A DNA stretch of 64,000 bases from NCBI GenBank assembly GCA_020137815.1, contig CM035356.1, positions 1,426,001-1,490,000 of the forward strand, written 5' to 3'. Position 1 is the first letter of the stretch. The number at the start of each line of letters is the position of its first letter. The translations under genes and the position numbers were made by a program. The DNA is from Hormiphora californensis. Lineage: Eukaryota; Animalia; Ctenophora. A model generated the notes under the pieces. It saw only the letters and a list, made by a program, of their open reading frames with translations, was not told the origin of the DNA and did no database searches. Shown in pieces: positions 45,300-54,580 of this stretch.

Positions 45300-46223
45300 T
45301 CATCTTCCTCAAGGTCATCTTCCTCACTCTCTGATCCCCCAGCAGCAGCAGCCCTGGCCTCCTCAATTCTCCTGGAGGTCTCTGTATCGTGGTCACTCTC
45401 ACTATCACTATCTTCTATTATCTCAGGCTTGGTTATCTCTCTATCTCGTATCCTTTCCACCAACTTATCTGGAAGCAGAATGTGTCATTTAAATGGCGCC
45501 TTGAGGGGTTTCAATGGATCAAGATTATAAACGAATATATTTTGTCACATTACGTAACCCATCGAAAGAATAATCACATCACTAATTTGATAAAATGATT
45601 TTGAAGTCATCACTCTTATAAATAATAATAAAGTCTCAAGTGTCACACTAACCTTTACTCCTATCTAGTTGGCGCTGCCTCATTCGATCCAACCTCCTAT
45701 CCTTCACCCCATCCAACTTAACAGGCTCATTCCTCACCTCCATCCCCTCCTCCTCTTCCTCCTCTGCATCACCCTCACTCCCACCATCCCCCTCCTCATC
45801 CTCCTCCTCCCCCGGACCACGGAGTCGGAGGGCTTGAGGGGGAGCTGTTCCCTCATTTTGGAACACTGGTTCATCTTCATCATCATCACTACTCTCTTGG
45901 GCGTAATCAGGTCGCTTTCCTGTCACGTACCTGGAGAGAAAGAAAGGGCCATATAATACATCTGATATTTATTATTAAAAACTCCAAATGACCAAGGCGA
46001 AGGAAATCTGGGAATCTAATCTGGGAATCTGGGATCAGATACAGAAAACACACCACAAGATTGAGTCTATGAAATACCTTTGCACTTTAACCTTCTTCAT
46101 GGTAACTTCTCCCTTGTCATTGACCTCTGGGACTGCACCTGCCGTACTCATGACACCCTGGGGCCCGGGGTTCCGGTAGTCCCGGGCATAGTACTCGTGG
46201 AGGTCAAAATCCATCGCTGACAT
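42016..46223 (-). CDS. MFAP1: Microfibrillar-associated protein 1 (spliceosomal B-complex protein)
   Basis: Exons 46223-46078, 45930-45653, 45468-45299, 45114-44963, 43132-42927, 42715-42600, 42423-42016. Motifs [73 protein letters not shown] and [20 protein letters not shown]. Confidence 0.96.
43157..44850 (-). mobile_element. Helentron/DINE-1-like non-autonomous element in MFAP1 intron 4
   Basis: 12-bp subterminal inverted repeats tccgacccgaag (43178-43189) and cttcgggtcgga (44825-44836). Stem-loop aggtgcc-ggca-ggcacct abuts one subTIR. Internal ~180-210-bp degenerate tandem repeats rich in gcccctgcac. The right boundary is approximate. Confidence 0.65.
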
Positions 46224-46298
46224 GATGATGTTTCCTACTGGAGAGAGAGAGAGGGGAGAGAGAGAGAGAGGGGAGAGAGAGAGAGGGGAGAGAGAGAG

Positions 46299-46353
<55 letters not shown>

Positions 46354-47137
46354 GAGATGAGAGAGGAATGACGAGAGAGAGAGAGAGAGGGAGGAGAGAG
46401 AGAGAGAGTGTGACGGAGAGAGGGAGGATTTGAGAGAGAGAAAAAGAGAGGGAGATATAGAGAGCAGGGGAGAGAGAGAGAGAGAGTAGAAAGAGAGAGA
46501 GAGAGAAAGAGAGAGAGGAGAAGAGAGGAGGGATGGAGAGGGTAGGAGGAGTAGAGAGAGAAAGATGAATGAGAGACGAAGGTGATAAAAGGACGAATAA
46601 AACAACACGAGTATTGTGTAAAAGACAAAGCTGCCTAAACGTTCAATCAAGGTGGGGTACAGTTTTCAATAAGTTAAAAGAGTTACCGATTAGTCTATCA
46701 ATATGGGTATATAAGAGAAAGATATTTACACTGGAAACATTTGAATTGGTTTTAAGGGGGGACCCGAGTAAATCCTAAACACCACTAAAAATTAGTTCCA
46801 TAAACTGACCCAGAATCATGACGTGTCGATGGGAACACGGCGGTATGAATAAGAAAATAAAGAACAAGTAAAAATGTACAGTTGTATTAAATATTAATCG
46901 TTATTGTGTTTATCTTTCAATATTACTAAACTTCTTCATTCTTCATTTATACCAAGTGGGACCTTGTTTGTGACGTCATCACGTGACGTCACCAGATTAC
47001 ACGTGTGTGATTATATGTGGACAGAGAGATATGTGTGTGCGTGTGTGTGGGTGGGTGGGGAGAGAGACTAGAGAGGACAATCACGATATACAATATATAA
47101 TTCTACCCGGCCGGGGGTAAAATCAACACGTGACCTC

Positions 47138-47983
47138 TCACTTTTTTTGCTCAAGTTTCGTGCTATCAAAATCAGTTGATAAGGCATGCACAATGAAAGG
47201 GTCCATTCTACTGCCCTCTTTGAATTCCTCCTTGGTTAACCTGCCATCTCGATCCTTGTCCATCTGTAGAAATATCTTGTTCACCCTCTTCTCTGGGGTG
47301 TCCTCCTCCTTGGGTAGTATCAGCATGTTTCCCACCATGTTATAGATGGAACACACAATATCCAACATCTCTCGGTCACTGATAAACCTGGGAGGGGAGG
47401 AGAGACTGAAATAATAAACTTGGTGAGTGGTGGGAAGGGGAGGAGAGGGTTAAAGGACATGTGTTAAAAGGTGTAAATGGTGTAAAGGAGAGTTTTTATT
47501 CAACTCCTCCTTTGTTTCGGCACCTACCCATCTCCATCAAGATCGTAAAGAGAGAAAGCCCAGTCGAGTTTTTCATCCAGTGTGCCCTTACTCGTCACAC
47601 TGAGGGCCATGATGAACTCTTTGAACGTTATACAACCGTTAGCATTTGAGTCAAACTTCTTAAAGACATGACTAGCAAACTGAGAGGGGTCACCGTGCGG
47701 GAAAAACTGCTGATAAATCCTGACGAGAAGAGTTAGTTTTAGAAAGGGGGAGCTAGACAATCTTTAAATCCTGATAAAAATAAGATATTAGAATGGGAGT
47801 AGCTAGATGGTTTTTGAACAACATCTACCTGACAAAATCATCTTTACTAAGAGTTCCAGAGGGGCAATCTTTCATGAACTCTCTAAACCACTTCTGGAGT
47901 TCCTTCTTATCAAAATATGTTGCGTCCTCCAGTTCTCTCAATTCTTCAGGCGATAACTTTGAATTTGAATGCTCATTGCCCAT
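47138..47983 (-). CDS. NCS1: Neuronal calcium sensor 1 / frequenin (EF-hand protein, N-terminal MG)
   Basis: Exons 47983-47829, 47719-47528, 47387-47138. Motifs [11 protein letters not shown]...F.KDCPSG.L, IYQQFFP.GDPS.FA, ALSVTS.GTLDEKL.WAF.LYDLD.DG and [13 protein letters not shown]. Confidence 0.95.
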
Positions 47984-48074
47984 TCTAGAGTCTGATACAA
48001 GAACAGCGTTATTATTGCAATTACCATACGACACACACAAAACGCATACGGCTAAAGAAACAAAAAATTTAAAA

Positions 48075-48149
48075 ACCAGCATTTTAAAACTGCAAAGATT
48101 AACAATGTATACTATACATTGTTAATCTTTGCAGTTTTAAAATGTTGGT
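48075..48149. repeat. 75-bp near-perfect palindrome in the BTB-NCS1 intergenic gap
   Basis: accagcattttaaaactgcaaagattaacaatgtata-c-tatacattgttaatctttgcagttttaaaatgttggt. Confidence 0.9.
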
Positions 48150-49080
48150 ATAGTGAAGCATTAAAATATGACAAAAATGATACTTAGGAGCAAAAACATA
48201 CATATACATATTGTGTGCACTTCTTATTATCTTCTTATCCAACGGCCGCCACTAATATATATAACACCTGGACTGAGTGATGAAAAATATTTTTCAACAT
48301 CTTCATCTTCACTCAATATATCCTCATCTCCAGACGCTTTACTTACATCTATTAATAGTTGCAACAAGAAGATGTGATCCTCAGGCGCCACGGACGCCAA
48401 AAGAGTGTCTAGCAGGTTAGTATAGACATTCTTATCTAAATCTTGGCAGGCCGCTAGAGCAGTGGGATTAAGTACATGTTTATCAACTGGAGTCAGCCGG
48501 TATGGTTGAGGCTTCCCCGAGATACCTTCTGCTAGAATTCTGAACATGTCAGGAGTAGACCGTCCAGCAAGGTAACTGCATACTTCAGCGTCCACATACT
48601 CCAATGGATCACGAGCCATAACGTCACGAATCAGGGTAGATCGTAGCTCGGAGTGAGTTGGGTCCAATTCCTTTAGCGCGCAGTTCAGTACTTTTACAAG
48701 CTTCTTATCACGTCTTTCTTTTACCAAGAATGCAGCTTCGGTAAACAGATAGTGGACATCGTCAAGAGATTCGTCTGTTAAATTTATACACATGCGACAG
48801 AAAAACGTAAGGCACTCTTTAGCTATCCAATCAACTTTAAAAACCACACTAATTTTGTTGAGATCACGAAAAGTGTCATTGTTTAGCTGCCCCTCAACAG
48901 AACCAGTGTAACAACAGTCAACAAAACAGTTGACCCCCTCAAAAGTAAAATCGGTCATGTCCAATTCCACCAAGTAGTCCTTCTCTGCCATCTCAGAGAT
49001 TACTGGACTATTCAGGCCCAGGATTAAGGAGTTAGCCTTTACAACCTCACCGTTACTAGTCGTCAATGTGACATCATTAA

Positions 49081-51034
49081 CCCTTTGAGGGCGATAGGTC
49101 ATATATGACACGGTCCATTCTAGACCGTCTGGAAGGCGCTACATGATGTCTAGGTGGCTAATTTTTTGTCACAAGCTAGTTTTAGGGATTTTGAACCCAA
49201 AACCACGTCCAAATCTGCTCGGAAAATCGAAGAAATTGTTTTATGGCCCTTCTCGGGAGGCTAATTTAGGCCTTTTTTTTTAAACCCCTCTCAAATTTTT
49301 GTTTTTGAGGGGCACAAATAATCCTTTGAAGGGATAAAACTACTTGACATAACAAATCGAATGCAAAAAACCGCATCAAAAAATATTGAAAATTGAATGA
49401 GTTATTAACGTTTTAGTCGTTGTATCATATATGACTCTATCGTCCGTAAGGGAATTCTAGTAACAAATGTCATTTGTGCAAAAGTATGGGTCCAATAGTC
49501 AAATTTTATGCTTTGAGGTAGTCTATAGCTATAATTTCTACAATCTTCAACGGTTTTTACTAGAAAAATACCCCAAATTCTACATTTTGTATCAGGTAAG
49601 TCGGAAGAACCTGTCCGTTCCTCTCATGAGCGCTCATGAGTGTATCATGAGTGTGTCATGAGTGTATCATGAGTGTATCATGAGCGCTCATGAGACGTTT
49701 TTAGGTGTTTCAACGTCTCATGAGCGCTCATGAGTGTATCATGAGTGTGTCATGAGTGTATCATGAGCGCTCATGAGTGCTCATGAGACCTTGCTCATGA
49801 GCGCTCATGAGACATATGTCTCATCCCATCTCTGTTTCAATGTCTCATGAGCGCTCATGAGACGTTTTGACCTACATGTGCTCATGAGTGTATCATGAGA
49901 CATGTCTCATGAGACATATGTCTCATGAGACGTTAGGGTTATGGTTATGGTTGGGTTTAGGGTTGGGCTAGGGTTAGGGCTTTCCTTTAGGTCTAGGGAC
50001 CCGTAGAGGGTAGGGCTAGGTCCAAGCCTATGGGTCAACCCTATCCCTAGGGGTTGTACAGAGCTGAAGTCGGCGTCTAGGGTTGTATCTAGAGTGCTAT
50101 ATTATTGTGTAAAACGAGTCAAAGGTGATACAAATGGGGTAAAGGGATGCCAAAAGATCCTTAGATTGAACAAAAGAGCTCAGGATTAGCCAGAAACCAC
50201 GGTATATGGTGAAAAGGGGGCATCATGCAACCGTCAATTAGCTAATTATCCAATTATCTCAATTAGGAGCGGGAATAGAAACTCAGCTATGTGCTCTGCC
50301 CCCACTAAGGCGACGATTTTACACATTTTAGTGCCCCCATTTGTCTTGTATACTCCGCCAAATTTAATTTTTTAGCGCTGGAGGGCAACTAATTAGCTAA
50401 TTATCCAATTATCTCAATTAGGGGTCCAGATAGAGACCTAAATATGTGCTCTAACCCCACTAATGTGATGATTCTACACATTTTAGTGCCCCCATTTGCC
50501 TCATAACTCCTTCCCAAAGCAAAGTTTCATTTATTAGCATGCGCGGGACAGATAATTGGCTAATTATCCAATTATCTCAATTAGGGGGCAAGATAGCGAC
50601 CTAAATATGTGCCCCCACTAATGCGATGATTCTACACAGTTTAGTGCCCTGATTTGACTCTTAGCTCCTTTTCTAGCCCGAGTTATGGATGTTTTTGGAG
50701 AATTTACCAATTGGGACGATAGAGTCATATATGATACAAAATGTAGAATTTGGGGTATTTTTCTAGTAAAAACCGTTCAAGATTGTAGAAATTATAGCTA
50801 TAGACTGCCTCAAAGCATAAAATTTGACTACTGGACCCATACTTTTGCACAAATGACATTTGTTACTAGAATTCCCTTACGGACGATAGAGTCATATATG
50901 ACACAGTGGGCCCAGCAAAAACTACATGTCGAAACTTCAAATTTCTTTTTCGAGGTAGTTTGTGGTAATAATATCTACTTATAAACGAAAAATTAGAAAA
51001 ATCTATCGAGCCAATCCTTCTCGTCCTTAAAGGG
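49081..51034. mobile_element. Non-autonomous piggyBac element (1,954 bp)
   Basis: TTAA|CCCTTTGAGGGCGA ... TCGTCCTTAAAGGG|TTAA. Internal inverted repeats of ~170 bp (49421-49594 and 50730-50905). No transposase ORF. Confidence 0.88.
49620..49990. repeat. TCATGA-palindrome simple repeats followed by degenerate TTAGGG-like repeats, inside the piggyBac
   Basis: (ctcatgagcg / tatcatgagtg)n at 49620-49932; ttagggttatggttatggttgggtttagggttgggctagggttaggg at 49933-49979. Three ~150-bp direct repeats follow at ~50236-50650. Confidence 0.85.
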
Positions 51035-51513
51035 TTAAAACCCTTGTAACCACGGAGTACACTACCGAAATTTCTGGGAACACTGATTTGATCTGTAGCC
51101 ACTGCAGCCATAGCAAGGTATCTAGATGGAAGATAGTTGGTCATGATACGTGGGAGTGGTTCGTATCGCACAACTAATACCTGGGCCAAAGTACGCTAAT
51201 TACACAAACATAGAGTTCAAAAATCAAAACTAGATTTCTAAATTAACTTGGTGCCTTTCAGGATCAATAGACTGTGATTTGGTATAGTCTAAGAGGCGAG
51301 CCCTCAGCCCATACAACAGGGAAACTACTTCAGGGTTAAGCCAATATGTTGGCAAACGCTGCCGGCCCCCGGGATAAGGCAGCGCTTTTCAAGCCAAAAT
51401 GTAAATTTGAGAAAAAAGAGAAGAGAACGATAAATTTGAAAAATCCACGCGCAGCCCATATTTTTTGTCAGCACTGTAATGCTTTTTTCGCCGCGCGCGT
51501 GGGAAAACCGACT

Positions 51514-52062
51514 TTAAAGTCGGATTTTTTGAAGTTGTCACCCCAAAATGACCGCGCATGTGAAATTTATCAATTTTGACGTGCACACCACACGTTAACA
51601 TGTGATGTGACGCGCAAAAACATTCCGCGCACGAAAAGGGGGGTGACAACTTCAAAAAATCCGACTTTATTTGGTGGAACCTCGTAAAGTCGGATTTTTT
51701 GAAACTGTCACCCCCTGAAATAACAAAATTTGCCATATCTCCGGTTCCTGATTAGATAGAGACTTGAAATTTGGAGGTTCGGAAGAACTTAGCAAGATCT
51801 TCGTAACCTCCAAATTTCAAGTCTCTATCTCGTCAGGAACCGGTTTTATGGTCATTTACGAAGTTTGAAAAGACCTAGGGGGGTGACAGTTTCAAAAAAT
51901 CCGACTTTAAAGTCGGATTTTTTGAAGTTGTCACCCCCCTTGTCGTGCGCGGAATGTTTTTGCGCGTCACATCACATGTTAACGTGTGGTGTGCGCGTCA
52001 AAATTGATAAATTTCACATGCGCGGTCATTTTGGGGTGACAACTTCAAAAAATCCGACTTTA
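51514..52062. mobile_element. Composite A-B-A' array of MITEs sharing the TIR TAAAGTCGGATTTTTTGAA
   Basis: Units 51514-51669, 51686-51909 and 51908-52062. The outer units are inverted copies of each other; the middle unit shares its core with 12687-12904. Confidence 0.75.
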
Positions 52063-52677
52063 ATAAGGAACCATAATAAAGTTCAAGAGCGCACCCCATC
52101 CAAAAGCGTACCACCTCCAAAAGACACCACTCCAAGAGCGCACCACATCAAAGAGAGCTCCCCATCCAGAAGATACCGCGCGCAGTAGTGGAAGCTCTTA
52201 CGGTATTTCCCACGCCCCGTGGGAAAGTTTTCGACCGTGGGAAAGTTTTCGAACCGTGGGAAAAGAGAGATACATACAATAACTTTAAAAAAATAATTAT
52301 TTTTTTAAAGTTATTGTATGTATCTCTCTTTTCCCACGGTTCGAAAATTTTCCCACGGTCAAAAACTTTCCCACGGGGCGTGGGAAATACCGTAAGAGCT
52401 TCCACTACAGGGGACACCACGCGCAGAAGAGACCGCACGCGCAAATACAACGCCGCGCTGGTCTCTTCTGCGCGTGGTGTCCCCTGCGCGTGGTATCTTC
52501 TGGATGGGGAGCTCTCTTTGATGTGGTGCGCTCTTGAAGTGGTGTCTTCTGGAGGTGGTGCGCTCTTGGATGTGGTCTCTTTTGGGTGTGGTGCGCTCTC
52601 AGGTGTGGTCTCTCTTCGATCGGGTGCGCTCTTGGGTGCTCTTGGAGGCTCTTGAACTTTATTATGGTTCCTTATTG
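52062..52677. mobile_element. TIR element with a nested ~224-bp palindromic element (52185-52408)
   Basis: TIR aataaggaaccataataaagttcaagagc / gctcttgaactttattatggttccttattg. Nested near-perfect palindrome gtagtggaagctcttacgg ... ccgtaagagcttccactac. Confidence 0.75.
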
Positions 52678-52694
52678 AAAATTTAAATTTATTA

Positions 52695-52841
52695 AATTAC
52701 AAGACAACTGATCGTGCATTCAGCGTATCGGGACCTCGACTATGGAACAAACTGCCAAGAGAATTGCGTGAATCAGAGACTCTAAAACGTTTTAAAGTGG
52801 ATCTAAAGACGTTTTTGTTCTGTAGGGCTTTTGGTGTGTAA
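52695..52841 (+). mobile_element. 3' fragment of a CR1/L2-group LINE ORF2
   Basis: Translates to DRAFSVSGPRLWNKLPRELRESETLKRFKVDLKTFLF, the typical C-terminal motif of L2/CR1 reverse transcriptase proteins. Confidence 0.8.
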
Positions 52842-53214
52842 GGAGCTGAAATGTCCATTGTGACAATAGGAATCCGCTGAATTTCTAGAGTTAGTAGGAG
52901 CCAGGAGATATAGAGGAGGTTGTTTGTGTGTCTGGTGGTCAGTTGAATACTTATTATTTTGTGTGTTCTAGGAAGTGGAGATTTGGGAGTTGATTGGTTT
53001 CTTTTATGTGACGGATCCCCAGAACTCGGTAAAAAAAGAGCCTGGGTTAAAAAATCAAAAAAGCAAAGAAAAAAGAATCAAAAAAAATCAACAAAAAAAA
53101 AAAAATACAAAAAAAATCAAAAAATCAAAAAGAGGCAATAATAAAAAAAAATTAAAAAAATCAAAAAAAGAAAAGAAAAGCCCACCCTTCTTTCTCTCAA
53201 CCTCTTTTCTTCTA

Positions 53215-53254
<40 letters not shown>

Positions 53255-54580
53255 TTGTGTGTGCGTGTGTGTGTATGTTTGTATGTATGTGTGTGTTTGT
53301 TCTCTTTCTCGAGCGGTTAAGGGAACAGGATCTTCACTTCATCTGGACCTTATTTGGCATGGTTCCCAAGAAGTTTCACTCTATCACGGCCATGGGCCAA
53401 ACTGGTAAACGGACTTTCACCCAGGTTGTATATTTCTGTATCATTGCTTGGCTTTTTACCTAGGTTTGGGTATAGTCCAATTTTCTACTCGAGTGGCGGG
53501 GTGCCGGGCACTTAATTCTTTTCTCTGGTCTTGTCTTGGTGGTATGGGGCTTGATCCTGGTATCACTGGATAGGTCTCTGCCTTGTCGAGCGTCACTGGT
53601 TCAGCCAGTTTCACATCTGTTTAGCGAGTTGGTGTGTGGCGACCTGTCGCTTGAGTGGGAAATTGGACTTTAGTTTGTATTTTGCTATCTTTGGATCCCT
53701 TGATCCAAGAGCGTTTTATATCTTTCTGAACTGCATTTGCAGTTGTGGTTGCTCTTTCAATTTTCGTTTCATGTAGAAATCTATCAACTCTCTATTCACA
53801 GGATATCACATCACAATGTTGCCAAAAGGGATTTGAAGTCTTATCGTTCACTATCATACTCTGCAAGACACGAGTAAACCATTTTTCAAGACCAAGCTCA
53901 ACATTACCTGATTAAGACCTCATCTTTTCCATGACGTGCACACCTTATTGAGACTGGTGTAGTAATTTTTTACGTTGAGATCTATGGCCTCTGTTGCGCT
54001 ATATTTTTCTAGACTTTTGTATGATTCTATCTTGTGGATATTCAGTGTTCAGTTTATGCTGTTTTGATTAACTTATTAACTATTTATTAATTATATGTGA
54101 CAGTTTATGCTGTTTTTTAATTAACTTATTAACTATGTATTTAATTATATGACAACGAGGACTTTCGGAAGGACATTGATACGAAGATGCGCTTTAGAAA
54201 GCGAGTTTTGATCGAAAGGACGCTTTAGTATAAGTCGATCGAGATAAACACTTTTCGCTCAAAAGCGATTTATAAATGTTAAATGTTGTTATGTTATTAT
54301 GTTATTATTATTTTTTTATATTTTGGCTCTTCTTATGGCATGCGCTCCAGGCCCCAAGTGCGAGCGTTTTCCACGGCTTCTTTGAGGGCCTGTAGCATAG
54401 GCCAAGCTCTTCTTCGGGAAACGTTAAAATCTGGGCGTTTTCATCTTCTGTGTCGCTTTTTGGTTTCCACGTTTCAAGCGCTTTCAGGAATTTCTGATTG
54501 CTGAAATCATCGCGAAAACCTCAAAATTTTCCTGCGACCCTGGACCCCCTTGTAGGGGGTTTCACCCCCGGCCCACTCCC

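Larger units (their letters stand above)
48227..51111 (-). pseudogene. BTB/POZ-domain protein gene interrupted by a piggyBac insertion
   Basis: 5' part 51111-51035 (MAAVATDQISVPRNFGSVLRGYKGFN) joins in frame across the TTAA TSD to 49076-48227 (DVTLTTSNGEVVKANSLILGLNSPV...FVDCCYTG...). This restores the BTB F-x-D-V-T-L motif. Confidence 0.8.

Noticed and set aside
49933-49979. TTAGGG-like tract as a true telomere or fusion scar
   Set aside because: It is short, degenerate and internal to a transposon.
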